Source: Tubulanus polymorphus (lineage: Eukaryota; Animalia; Nemertea). From it: a DNA stretch of 64,000 bases. The notes under the pieces were generated by a model. It was not told where the DNA came from, did no database searches, and worked only from the letters and a program-made list of their open reading frames with translations. The stretch spans positions 23,284,150 through 23,348,149 of the forward strand of contig NC_134026.1 of the NCBI RefSeq assembly GCF_964204645.1, given 5' to 3'. A program made the position numbers and the translations under genes. Below are positions 1-13,700 of this stretch, piece after piece (position 1 is the first letter of the stretch; every line of letters begins with the position of its first letter).

Positions 1-452
1 AGCTTGAAACGGTTAAGTTTTAATTGTTGTCCTCAATGAGATTTGTCAAGTTGCCAAGTTGCCAATTTGAGTTTAACTTCTTCGTGATACTGGATAAGCA
101 TAGTTAGCTTGGCAGTGGGGCGGTTAGTTACGTTTCACCCGTAATCACGAATAAAAAATCCACTACTGAAATATAGATTACTAATCATAACTCAAATACT
201 AACATGAAAATGATTCTTACCGATTTCTAAAAGTTCTCAAATGAAGAATTCGCGATCATTCAATTCCTTCTTTACTCCCTATTTGCGATAGAAAATTCAT
301 CAGTCAAAACGCAAATTTTGACGTTCAAGAATCGCGGTTTGACAATTTACGACGATAGCGCCATCCGTCGGTAAAAGTGTTTATTGAAACTGCAATTTCG
401 TTTAAAAAATCGATTCTGATCTCAGCGGCGCTGGTGATTTGTAGTTCCTTGG

Positions 453-1025
453 CTAAATTGTGGCCTGGTATTGATATTCTTCCCGGGGTCGATATCTGAC
501 GATTGTATTCCCAGTCCTTGGTGCTCTATTGAATGGTCTCCGGCTACACGGTCTACAAAACTGATGAACCGGGGGTCTGTTGTTGTCGCCACGATAATTT
601 CTCAATCCAGGTTTTTGTAAAAATAAGCTACCGGTACGTTGGGGATTGTGTCTTTTAGAGTTATATCGATCATAGAGCTGTACTGATGAAGTGTTCCATT
701 GGTTAACGGTAGTTTGTATAGTTGATGGTGGTCGTTGTTCCAATTCGATTATAACAGCTGGTTCATCGGCAACCTGGGGAGCTTCTCTCCATTTTCTCCT
801 CTCGGCTCTTCCATTTTTCGTCGCGGTATGATCAATACAAGGAATGCTATAGTTTGAATGTTGCTGGAATCTAGCGAGGTCCCTATTTACACATCTAATA
901 CCGGACTTCACCTCTCGAATCCGCAGAAATAACTGATGCGTTAAAGACTTACTTTCAATTTCGAATTGTCGGCTGTGATAAGCATTTAATACTTTGGCTC
1001 TTTTCAGTGCCCTTGAATCGTCCAT
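453..1025 (-). CDS. Uncharacterised single-exon protein (190 aa), basic, with a helical/coiled-coil-like N-terminus
   Basis: ATG-initiated 573-nt ORF in AT-rich DNA, followed by a minus-strand AATAAA (tttatt at ~380-385) about 70 nt past the stop. No recognisable domain. Confidence 0.4.
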   Translation of the reverse strand: MDDSRALKRAKVLNAYHSRQFEIESKSLTHQLFLRIREVKSGIRCVNRDLARFQQHSNYSIPCIDHTATKNGRAERRKWREAPQVADEPAVIIELEQRPPSTIQTTVNQWNTSSVQLYDRYNSKRHNPQRTGSLFLQKPGLRNYRGDNNRPPVHQFCRPCSRRPFNRAPRTGNTIVRYRPREEYQYQATI

Positions 1026-4000
1026 TTCCGTTCCTAATCTGAACTTGATATGAAGTTTAATTCATTCCGATTTCATGTTGTTTCAATGTTTCCATCGTGT
1101 TGGCTTGGATATATGAATTTTTCATTATATAAGGCTGTGGCAAACTTGTTCTGACAACATTATTACGCCGAAATGAATTAAGCCAAAAAGCGTCAAACTG
1201 TTTTACGTCAACAATCGTGAAAATACATCGTGAGAAATCACCCGCATTAGGATTACTGTGATGGATAACGATTGATAAATGTAAAAAGTTAAATCAAATT
1301 AAATCGGACTATGATTGTCTCACGTCATGGTTGTTCTGTTGTTGTAGCGGACAATTCGGAACAAGGCCTGTTGGGTATCGTTGTGACTGCAATTTTCCGA
1401 TAACGACACTTCACGAACGAGTCGAGGTGTCGGTGGTGGATTAAAAGCCGTCGGAACTTCATTCAGATGATGTATAAGTTCTGTAGGATAATGATTTTGC
1501 CAGATTTTGTTTCTTTGTTTTGAAACAATATTGCTGTTCGAAAGGCTTGACTCCTTGCAAAACAAGGAAAACAAGCAAAATCCTTGCAAAACAAGCAAAA
1601 TCTGTTCTCTAAGATCTTTATCATTTACCTTCGTTTAAATTTTTCTCTTGGAAGGTGTTGAAAATCTGTAGAAATCCTACGTGGGACTATATTAGACTTT
1701 GACCTGATACAAAAATAAAATCTACCCAGCCTCGTCATGGAAAAATAACCCTCGTAACAATTTTTGTATCGACTTTTTGAAAAAAAAGAAAAAAGAATTA
1801 AATAAAAAATTCTCTTGGCCTCGTGCGTGATGCGATGAGAAACTTTTATTTCGGCTTTATCTGATTCATGAACTGAATCACCTAGACCTAATGAGAAGGT
1901 CAGAGAGAAGAAGAGACATAGATTCATCCGAATGAATTATTTATTCAAATTGTCTATGGTATATTATAGGTCATTTATTCATTTTTGTAAATAGATATGT
2001 AAAGCCTTACTAATTTCTATGCAATGAACGTCATCTGGCCCTTTTGGGCGATAGCGCCCTTTTTAGATAAAGAAAGATATTTTTTGAGATTCATTTTGTT
2101 GGCTGCCTAATTATTTCAATACATCAAGATTTTGGATAGTCACGATTTTAGCTCGTTAAACTGGTTTGGGTTTGGGAAAAGCAGAAACACAATATACTAT
2201 CTATCTGCTCTTAATTGTTGTACTGTTTGATTCTTATATCAAACGTGCAGTTTCTGCAAATCACACTGTCACAATTCAAGCATCGCTCTTTTGTGTCGAA
2301 AACGTCGCGGTGATAAAAAAAATAGATGCGCGAACACCGCGTAGGCCCTAGTGTACAGTGTAGATTACAGCATGCACGTTTCGGCCACCGTAAAACTTCG
2401 TCGCCTGAGTGTATATGTGTTGTTCTTGTGTTCTTTGTGCAGCGTGACGCGCCGCTAAAAGTGAACTGATTCTCTTCTCAAATTCTCCCATTCTGAGGGT
2501 CGTCCAGCTAAACAAAACATACAGGTAATTTATTCACAAACTATAGCATGTGTTCGTAATATTTATTCTCTTCCGAATATCGTGTAAATGAGTCGTATCA
2601 ATGATAGAAATTTGTCGGAAATTGAGACGACCATGGTGGATCTTCGTGATGAAAAATCGCCATCTTTCCTCTATTCATGAAAATTCACCTACACAAATAC
2701 GAAATGGCGACACTCCTAATCCAATGTTTGGCATATTTTTGTGAATTGTCATGCCATTATAATTATATATTTATTCAATCAGTTTGTAGGCTTATTATAC
2801 ATTAGGCATAGTAATCGTAGGCCTACGTATTAGGCTTTAGGCTTACTACTACTTTCTTGAAAAAATGATTCAAAAAAAATCTACTAAAGAAGAACATTGA
2901 AAAAGAATATTAGACATTATTCCAGTATTTTTTTCAAAATAGATAAATTGTTTGATACAGTAGACCTGCCTGGTACAGATCAGATCTGATGAAATCATTC
3001 CAGTTTTTAACAAAAGGCTCAAAAAATTGATAGGCCTAGGCTACTTTTTTTTTCTCCGCAGCAGTCAGTCAGAAAAATCCAGGCACATGCTTGGGAGGGG
3101 GGAAGTTTGGGGGTATCGAACAAACCCCCCTTAAATTTTTGAAAAGGCAGTACGAATAAAATTTGGGCTAAGATAAGAAATTTGGACGCAATTTTCACGT
3201 TTATTTGGAAAATGAAAGTGAATTCTCAATTAATTTATTCAGGTGCTCAGATATTTTTTTTGGCCTCTGGCTGAATGTGACGTTTAAGTTTAAGTTTAAG
3301 ATTGAAAATAATGTATCTAAGATTTTCAATAGGAAAGTGCCCCTTTTGGGGGAAAAGTGCACTTTTCTTTATATGATACTGCCTCTCAGAAAAAACTGGC
3401 CTGAAATCATGCTGAAAATTTCTAAAGATAAAATCCTGGCGGTCAGGTCCCTTCATTAATCAGGTTTAATAGAATCCAGCCTGCCAGGTGTAAATAAATT
3501 TTAATTTGAGCCCATATTTATAATTTATTGTACATATATTGGGAGGAAATTCAACAGAGCGCCAGGCGCACTTAAACCAGTCCAATGAATCCAAGGTTAA
3601 GAATAGCGACAGGTGAAGGATCAAGGCCGTTGATGTTTACATCTATTGAATTAAACATGTTGCTTGTGAAATCAAGTCCATAAGAAATCAAAATTGGTGT
3701 AGCCTATTGGTTTTCCGTTACGTATTTCATTTTAGAAAAAAACTTTGGTTTTCCATGCCTATAATTACAAACTTAGTTCTCACGCTTAGGACAACAGAAG
3801 GAGATAAGCCAATTTATTTAAAGAATATTTCATAAATTTATTTTTTTTAATGAAGAATAAAATCCTGCTGGCCTGGTCCAGAATTTTCTCAAATCTGTTC
3901 TTTTTTTCTGTAAAAAAGAATACCTGCCTGCCTGTCCGGTCACTTCGGTGGGTAGAGAATGGGAGAACAAGGTAGCCTATCATTTTTTAAAGCATCACAT

Positions 4001-4175
4001 TTTTATTTTTTGAAGCCCATGATTAAACGTAGAAGATAAAAGTCTGGATTAAACTACATGTGTATCTATATTACATTCAGGTTCTACTGTATCATGTACT
4101 AATAATACATGAACTTGTAATGAAAGTTACAGCAAGTAGACTAATATTTTATGTTTGTGTAGGATAAAATAAGGG

Positions 4176-7100
4176 ATGACCCGTGTGCGGCGCGGTCGCT
4201 GTGGAAAATGTGAGGGCTGCATCAAAGAAGACTGCGGAAATTGTCATACTTGTAAAGACATGCCAAAATTTGGAGGCAAAGGGAAAATGAAGCAGGCGTG
4301 CAAGCAAAGGATTTGTATAGTAAGTACCGGTAACTTGACTTACTTCGTGTAGTAAAGGTTGATTTAATAATTTAATCAGAAGGTATTCTTACAATTTATG
4401 TTGTATTTTCAGGCCCCTATAGAGGTCACAGACTCACCATCTGAGAAGGATTACGTACCATCTTCTCACCCAGTGGGAGATACTCCATCAGCTGATGAGA
4501 AATCCACAAGCCCTTCCTCTACGCCAACATCTCCGGCAAAATCCCTCGGTTCTCCAACCCCAGAAAAACGTAAAAGTTTATCATCGAGCAAATTAGAAGA
4601 CATTGTTAGACTGATTAAAATGCAAGCCCACAAAGCGAAAGAGACATTGCAAAATTTTGCTCCTGCTTCAACTAGCCCAGTAAAAGATGTGAAAACTTCC
4701 GAAATTTCTGAAGGGGAAGATAAGGTGGATGGTATTGATCATGACCAAAAATTTAGTAATGATGAAAGTTTAGTAGCTCAGGAGGCTGAGACTAATGTTT
4801 TACATAAAGTCCCACCACTGAGAATGATTTTGAAAGACCGACTGACTAGATCTGATCGTGCATCATCTGAACCTCCTCAGCAAACAGATCCGGTCGAATC
4901 TACTGAAAAATCAACTGTCAGACCACGACATTCATCATTGGATTCTCACTGGAAGGAAGTGGCTAATGATGGTAGTGTATTAAATGACAACGAAGACCTT
5001 TTATCTATGACAAAAAGGCGAATAGGTCGATCTAAAAAACAACGCAAAGCGCGTAGACCTAGCAGAGTGTTGGTGAAAAAAGAAGACCTTTCAGAATCTG
5101 ACAAAGTTACGGAAAATTTTGATAATGATGATAATCCTCTGACAGGTGATACAAATTTTGAATTTGATAATTCAGCTGAGAGTGTAGAGATACTAAATAA
5201 TGCTGAACTTAAGCCGAAGCAAAGAAAAAGGAGACGTCCTAGCCGCTCTAGTGTAGATCAAAATTCACCTATAGAAAATCTGGCTAAATCTGAAAGAATT
5301 CGACAACGAACAATTTCATGTGCATCTTCTGAGTTGAGTGTTGAATCAAATGAAAAAAGTATCAATGAAGGATCGGACGTATCGATCAAAAAGCCAAAGA
5401 AGAGTGGTAGAACTCCGAAGAATTCAATGAAATCATTAAGCGATATAGAAGGCATTACTCAGCATCCAAAACAAGTTGATGAATCTATCATAGCTTCTAA
5501 GAAGCGTGGAAGACCAAAAAAGAAAAATTTAGACGGCATTTCAACTGAGAACGAAGATCATTGCGATGTACCATTCAATAATAATAATGTTATTTCTGGA
5601 GCAGTAGAGGAAAACAAGACTTTGAATGAGCCTATAAAGTTAAAAAGGAAAAGAAAACCAAATTTAAACATCGATGAAATATTGGCAGGTTTGGATGAAT
5701 CTGATGAAACAACCACTGGTAAAAAGAGGAAGATCGATACTAGTCATTATGTTGACACGATCACTGAAATACCAGCTATGGAGAAAGGATTAGTTGATGA
5801 AAAATGTAGGGCAGCCTCTCCCAGTGTAGCAATTATGTCTGATACTAAGTGTGACATTACAGAAAATGTGAAAACACGGCATCGAAAACGCAAGTCAATA
5901 AATAATACCTCGCACATCGTTCATTCGGTTTATGCTGAAGTGCACGCTGATCAATACAGAAACGAAGAAAATGACAGCCAAGATCAAATTGACGAAGACA
6001 TTATGAAGACAGATTTACATGACAATATTAGTAGCCCGAAGAAAAGAGGACGACGAAAGAAAAAACAGAAGTTTTTCGATGATGAACAAAATACTGGCAA
6101 ATCTTCAAAAACTACATCTCCAGAAGTATCAGATAAAGAAAATAAAGATGATAATTCAAGTGATATTGTAAAATCCGATGAAATAAGTAATGCCACTTCT
6201 GCAACCATTGATGAACTTCAAGATGAAGTTATCACACGTAAACGAGGTCGGCCAAGGAAAAAGTTGCCTGTAAGTTTGGGCAAGAAATTTACTGAAAAGT
6301 ATGCCATGGTTCAGGAGAATCTATTGAACAATGAAGAAACCATTGAAACTAATGGTGAAGCCAGTACACAAACGCCCGAAAATAATGTTCAGAAACCCAC
6401 CGATGCAGTGACCATTGAGCAAAATTTACCAGCAAATAGTGCGACTTCCATGGAGCTAAACAATCTAACATCAGGAAAAGTAATTAGGCGGAAGAGGAAG
6501 AAAAAGTTTCGATTTTTCATTCGTAAGGGTCATATTAAGAAAGATTTATTGACTAATCCTAAAGATGAGGTGGCTAAATTTGCTGAATCTGATCCTGAAA
6601 TTAAAATTCGAAGGAAACAGTCGGATAAATCTACAAAGAAACCTGATTTGACGAAGTTGAAGGCGAAACCATTGAAAATTGGAATCAAATATGAAGATGA
6701 AGTCGATTTTGAAGCTTCAGAAAAAACAGTAAACGTAGTAGCCAGTACAAGCAAAACTGTACCCGCTGCAATTGGTGCTCAGAAACACGCAGCTCTTATC
6801 ATTGGCCCAGTCACTAGAAGAAAATCTAAAGACTCGGATTCAGTGACATCTGATGCCTCAGTTAGAACAGCCAATTCCTCATCAAGTCAAAGGAGTTGTA
6901 AAAGGCTTACTGATAATGTTGTCATTTCTTCAAAAGATAAATCAAAGGTCACGAAAAATGCAATGAAATCGGATAAACAAACGATGTTCCGACGTATGAT
7001 GAAACGCAAAAATCATCATTTGAAATCGCTATCAACTATAAGTAAAGCAAAAGTGAAAAAGATGCGTGCTACAACTACTCAACAAGAAGCTGTGTTGAAG

Positions 7101-8049
7101 AAGAAGGTTTATGCGAAAGGAAAGGCAACAAAAACTGTGTCACCAATATCTAGCAGAAAAACCCGAGGTCGTCCACGAAAATCTTCTGAAAATGAACCAA
7201 CATCCGTCGAAGCTACTAGTACTACTAGTTCAGCACTAACCACTCCTGTTGTAGGATATGAAGTAAGTGTTTTCCTGGTTTTTAACATCTATGCAAGCTG
7301 CATCCCATGAATGAATATTTCAATTATTCTTATTGTTTCAGAACACGTTCGATGAACCAACTTCGACGATGGATCTCAGCCCGCAGATAATTGTGCACCA
7401 TTTGACTCTCGGTGAGGTCCAGTGGGTAAAAGATATCCATTACTATGACACTTGTCGGCGGTGTATGGATGTTAAACTCGAGAATAACAAATGTCCGGAT
7501 TGTAATGCTGAATATCGCAAATCGTGCGTTCTAAAATCTGTGCGGGCTTTACTAGGAATCCGGTGCATCGAAAACGGTCATGAATCGTGGCAGGAATTCA
7601 TGTTCTACACGAGCCATCTACGCCATTTGCTGCGCGATCGTAATGTCGATATGTTTAATATAAACTCACTGAAGGCAGTATTACTCGATGATTCGGATCC
7701 GTTAATTTTCCATTTCTCGGCTACCGACGGTATAATAAATATCCTCGATCTGAATCACGTCAATTCGTTTAGTGGCTCGTCATCGGGATATTCAGAATCT
7801 CCTGCATTAGCAACATCGTCGTCGTCGTCTTTATCCGCGGAGGATTCTACGGCTCTAGTGCCAGCCGTGTCGGCTCCAAGTTTAACTTCTTTACCATCGA
7901 TTGCTTTGCCTCCTAGCGTTTCGACGAGTAACTTTCCGGAACTCGCTGATCAAGTACAAAACATCATGCACAATATAAGCGGTTATCGAATAATTCAATA
8001 TCAAAGTGCCGCTGCTACACAGGTGTTCGGACATCATTCAGCGTATTAG
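4176..8049 (+). CDS. CXXC zinc-finger / AT-hook nuclear protein with a C-terminal C4 zinc-ribbon (RPA1-C-like) region, ~1233 aa; coding exons 4176-4319, 4413-7262, 7342-8049
   Basis: Exon 1 translates to [48 protein letters not shown], a canonical zf-CXXC with the KFGG motif. Phase-0 GT-AG introns join it to the 970-aa and 238-aa ORFs. AT-hooks: [26 protein letters not shown]-terminal YYDTCRRC-x9-CPDC. Probable non-coding exon ends at ~2524 (ACAG|GTAATT); long 3'UTR with AATAAA near 10543. Confidence 0.85.
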
Positions 8050-8932
8050 TACCATTATATGCAATACTATCTATTTAACATTGCACAAATGGCCCATAAG
8101 CTTAATAGATTATTTTCTACTGATGAAATATCTTGTATAGATCTTCTAATTATCATACTGATTAAGATTAATATTTGTGTATCTTGTAAACTGAAAAATA
8201 TTTTGCGTACCTAGCATACAATCCATGAGCCTGAGTTTTTGCCACCAGTGCAATGTTGATTTTCCATCAATAAATCCCTTTGTAAATATATGATCAGCTA
8301 ACCAGTGTTTGTGTAATAGTTAGCTTATGTATTTGAACATGTACTTACTGTAGATTTAACTGTTAGCTTTTTGTGATAAACTACGCATGATTCTTCTTTG
8401 TTGTCTTCCACATGTTATTAATTGTCGAATTGTTAACCCGAAAAATTGAATCAAAAAGTAAATTGTTAGTCTCCTGCATTTTGATTGAATTCAAAGCACC
8501 TCGTCCTGATTTTCATACGTCACTGGTAGTAGTAATTGCTCATCACTTTGTTAATGATAATTTGTATCTAATGCAAGTTTTATCACCTCACTGAATTTTC
8601 ACTTATTGAATTGCTTGACCTTTTTTTTTCAAAATATGTGTTCGACCGATTAACTAGTAATGCTCAGTTAAAAATGTTAGCGATTTCTCATAATTAATTA
8701 TATATGTACCTATCATAGCATTAGATGTTGTATTATCATATTGCAGCCCTTTCTCATTCCTGTCTTCCGCTGTTACATTTGAGTTGAAGAACTCCCTTCT
8801 TTAAAAGTTCAAAATCTCCATTTGATTTCTCACATAATGTTTTGATGCCTGTGATACTAAAAATGGAATATTACGAATTAGCCTAAAAGCACATTAAAAG
8901 TGTAATTGTCAAAATGAAATACTATTTAGATA

Positions 8933-9112
8933 TAGTGGAACCTCATTACAATGACCTCTGAGATAGCTATTTATCGGTTATTACTTAAAACCTAGAATTT
9001 CACCCCAAATAGGACAATTTGAATAATCTCATACTGAACTATATATATAATGAACTATCTGTAATAAAAGATTTTCTGGTCCCCTGAAATTCGTTGTTAC
9101 AAGGTTCCACTG
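8933..9112. mobile_element. Tc1/mariner-pogo (Tigger-like) MITE, copy 1
   Basis: Imperfect TIRs TAGTGGAACCTCATTACAATGA ... TCGTTGTTACAAGGTTCCACTG, flanked by TA on both sides. A related inverted copy lies at ~20484-20663. Confidence 0.7.
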
Positions 9113-10759
9113 TATTTTCATTCTGAAAAGGGGCATTGTCAATAGTAAGTAAATGTATATTGAACTGAATGATGATGTATGTATTGTAGTATTGTATATT
9201 TTCATTGATAGTTTTATGTTAGAACTATTTTACCAATTAACCAATCATTTTAATCGTTAAAAGAATACCGGTACATGTTTTGAGGCTAAGGCATTCCTAA
9301 CATGTGGAATTGTTTTATTCTTTTAACCATCCACTAGTTGTACAATGTTCATCGTTGGTTTTAGTGCATGCCTTTTTATGAGAATTTACACAAATTTTGA
9401 TACAATTAGGAAAAAAACACGAATGATGTACGTAGTAATGTGAATGGAATTTGACTACTTCCCGTTTTAAAGCAGTCATTATAAGCGTTATCGAAATTTC
9501 TGGGGGTAAATGATGTAAGATATAAGATTTTAGTGCACTCAGTCGACTGACCTATTTAACGCAATTTAATGGCACCACGTTGATTTTCTTTTTCATTTTG
9601 TACGCATGTATTTTGTTATTTGATGATCACCAACATTCCATTCAATGTTAAATTATATGAAAATATTTTGATCCTTAACGCTTGTACGAGGATATTTGCG
9701 TCCCAGCATTCTTCCTTCAACGCCTTACTCACTCGATTCGGGAGTGAAATAATTCTACAACGCATTAGGGTAAAAGCAAGGTTCGTAATCAACTGAGGAT
9801 TTCATTTGAGGGATTAGATTATCAACTTGATTATTGATTATCACCGAGTGTAATCTATTGAAGTACCGGTACACCTCGTTGATCGCGTCGAAGAATCTGG
9901 CGCATTAGGGCTCATTCCATGTAGAAAAACATAACATAGTTATTGTGCCAAAATGTTTCCGAATCGAAGCTGATTAATCAGTTTTTTTTTTTGGTTTATC
10001 TTCCGTATTGTTTTGCCGTGTATTGACCTCCGAACGAAAGATCGTAACTTCGGGAATCAAACTCGTCTTACTGTTTAAAAATACTGTCTTGCTGATATTT
10101 TATTGAATCTAAATAACTTGCACAATATCCATAGTTTTATTAACTTAAAAAAAAGAATAGTTGATGCTGTATTTATACATAAGAAATAAACTGCTTTTCA
10201 AGCTGTAGTACGTTAATTCCTTGATCGAGAATAACATAATTTAGTATGTATTGAGTATTTACGAGAATGCCTTCATTTTTCTATGTATCGCTGTGAATTG
10301 TTAGACCAGTGATAAGTGAGGTCGTACCTTGAGCATTCATGTGAAAAATGTCTAATTTCCATTTTGCATATGCTTACGTGCGGAGTGTATTTACCCCGTT
10401 TGCATTTTGTCTCGACCTAGTCTGTTGATTTTTAGACGATACACGAATTATTCCTAAATTATTGTAACGATTCGTGCGCAGACACCTCGTGATCGAGTTG
10501 TTAGTATACATAAATATATTTTCATAGGGAGCAGCTTCCCCAAATAAAGGCATTTATTTACAGTGAATTCATACATTGTTATTTGTTTCTTGGCTTTATT
10601 TTAAAATTGGAGATGGAGATGTCGAGGATCAGGTTGGAATTGGTTTTTACATAATTTTGATTGTCTATACACTGCAAACCCGAGGAAGTTGGACCGAATT
10701 CTGGTTCTATGTGAGGTCAAGTCTGGACTAGGCTCTCCGTCTCCCGCTGATCATCATCA

Positions 10760-13700
10760 TTACACAATGCCCTGGTGTGGATTCGGACCTACTCGATTGG
10801 ATGATCCGGAATGTTTTTCACCGTTGCCGTTAACTCTCTCTTTGGATCTTCTGCCGCGTGCGAACATAGCTGTCATGCTATCCAAACTTTGTTTTTGTTT
10901 CTGAAAGTAAATTCTTAAGTATTAGATATAGTGTGGCTCGTATATGTGTGTAGCTGATCATAAGAATTTCTTTCAATACTCGACAATCGATTAAGTCAAT
11001 TTAGATACATTACCATATATTCATCGTCTTTTCGGTTCATTTCTTTAGTTCGTCGATAATGCTACAAATAGTTGACAATTATGGCCTGAGAAGATCTGCC
11101 CGATTACTACCGATCGAAACAATGAACCTTGATTAAAAATATCCTTACCACTGTAGCCATGAATACAATGAGTACAGCTTGTACGAAGAAATGTATTGCT
11201 CCGAGGACGTACAAACAATACAAATCAATTCGAATCATTAGATCTGGGTTGTACTTAAAAACTGCCATGGTTGCCATTTGTATAGCTTGGGCTGCTAGTA
11301 ACGTTATCGATATCAATATGTAAATGTCCTGAAACAGCCAACAAAAATACCCAGTAAAAACTGTTTTCGTACGTACAGTCTTCGTTGTGGGTCTGATCAT
11401 CTTATCTGCAAATGCAATCGCAACAAAAACAAACGAGAAGATGAAGGATGAATCCAGAACAATTAATAAAAGGCCAACATGATATACAAAAAAAGAAACC
11501 ATTTGCAAACTGGGTACGACGAGATTCCGGATTATAGCACCACAATGTGCATAAGACCTGTGATCTACGTATTAGAATTGAAATCAAACAACAGTTAAGT
11601 CTCAGTAACAACTAAATCGCTCGTTGGTATTTGCTGGGGGATTCGCTGTAATTCGTAAATTCATAGACTGTAGAAATTATGAACGCGTTCATACTTACCA
11701 AATACGTCAGGTAAGATATTGGCGGTAAGCTTTGTTTTATAGTTGATTTGAAAGCGACACACGTCAGCAATAAGGTGAACGTTATGACCAAGCGTGCTTT
11801 GAAGTTTAAGGGCACTTCGCTATAAGCTGTAAACTTCAATGTAGTAACTATAAACTGAAAAATATAAGATACGTACTATTTCTGTTGTACGGAACTTTAT
11901 TTCTAGAGGACTTTGTATTTTGGCGCCAGAGGTCTTCATCGAAAATGTTGAAAAAGTGCTAACTACACGCGCAATATACTAATGTCACTGAAATCGAATT
12001 GATATGCTTAACAAAATTGTAATGAGGCCTACCATTATGAAAATTATGTTCCATACGTAATAACCAGGGTTCCGTTTGACTGAACATGTAAAATCTATGC
12101 ACGATTTCAGGATTTCCTTTCTGTCGGTTTGTTCTTCTCTTCGTATTCTGTTTGACGTCTCGACGTGTTGATAAAGCGTCCATTCGTCTTGGTCCAGACA
12201 CGAGTGAATGTCAACGGTTGACATTTCACAACGATCAGGTATCAATTCGACTTCCTCCACCGGCCGTTGACTGCTTACTTGTACTGTTAATTCCTAAAAT
12301 GAAAGGGGCTCCAAAATAGAATTTTGCAGGTCTATATCTTCCATCCATATATGATTAATGAAATGATACTACAACATTGCTCATTTTTCACGAAGTAATT
12401 ATCAAAGTAGTTAGAAAGAAAAAAAAATTTTAAGTACAAAGACTGTCGATTTTTTGGGGGTTAGTTTGTAGATTATACCTGCACATCAAATGGAAAATCT
12501 TCTAACTCCAGTGTTTCAGTAAATACTCCTTTGATGTTTTGATGCATCGTGATGACTGGATGCCGATAACCTGGTTGATGGTTACTCACTGAATATGTAG
12601 TGGAAATCTTCAGTCCATCATCCGTGCAGTTCAGGATTGCTATTTCGGGGCGCCATAGTTTCTCAAAATTGACCGTCGATAATTCCTGAAATGGATTTTG
12701 TCGGTCGTTTTAGATCTATAGCTGCTTCACTTATGAACAACACAACGGAGAACGTGGATTGAGAAGCTGAAAACTAGGATAAAATTGATAACCTTATCTG
12801 TCATGTTGGCTAAATGTGGTTCCGGCCATTTTGTTTGAACGAATATTTCAGCTTTGTACAATTGTTTCACCGTATCGACGTCTATTATCTTCTTGTATCC
12901 AACTCGCACTTCGACTGAAACCTTTAGAGAAATGTATCTCAAAGTTACATTCTTAAATTGTAATACCTAGATAAGCATCAATTAACGCGTACATTTTATA
13001 TCTGCACTTTTTCGCTCAGGGATAACATAGGATGATTGAAAGTCACGGTCCTTTTCGCCGAGGCGTTATATAAACAATCACATTATCAACCCGAAAACCT
13101 AAGGTCACTCGACTTCATTCTCTACGCAGTGTATGCACATTGAGTATAGCCGTTGTTAAGTGGCGTCTACGAGAAACGAGAAACATGGCAGGGAAACAAC
13201 GTTTCCGACATCAAACATGTTTGATTCCGTGTTTCCGTGTTTCCATGTCTCCCTGTGTCGTGTGCATTGGGCTTTAGCCATAACCAAAACCTTTTATAAA
13301 CGCAAAAAACAATATGATATAATTATGTGGATACAACCAATAATTGTAAAACATTGTTTTTACAAAATGAGAAAATTTCCATCGTGTTATCGACGAGTCA
13401 AGCAGTTCTTCTCATGGAAAATACATTGTATAAACCTCTTAGATGAACATTTTGATTTTTACATTTTACTTTGAAATGTGGTAATATTGTTGATATAAGT
13501 ACAATGATCAATTGTACTAAATATCACGTTTCCTTTTCATTGGAAACCGTTACTTAATGTTTTGTATGTGTCATATGTCTGAAACAGATGGTTGCGAGCT
13601 TTATGATTAGTATAGTTTAAAATGCATTGTGAATAATAATGTAGGACTACGTATATCACAGACCTATTTCTATATGAATATTACGGCTATAATTCTCCAT

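Noticed and set aside
2960-3990. Short ORFs in the 5' intron of the CXXC gene
   Set aside because: They look like decayed repeat or MITE fragments with poly-T/A runs; there is no coding signal and boundaries could not be defined.
4398-7310. Calling the large ORF MLL/KMT2, ASH1L, NSD or MBD1
   Set aside because: The gene ends at 8049 with no SET, PHD, bromo or MBD domain, so no symbol was assigned.
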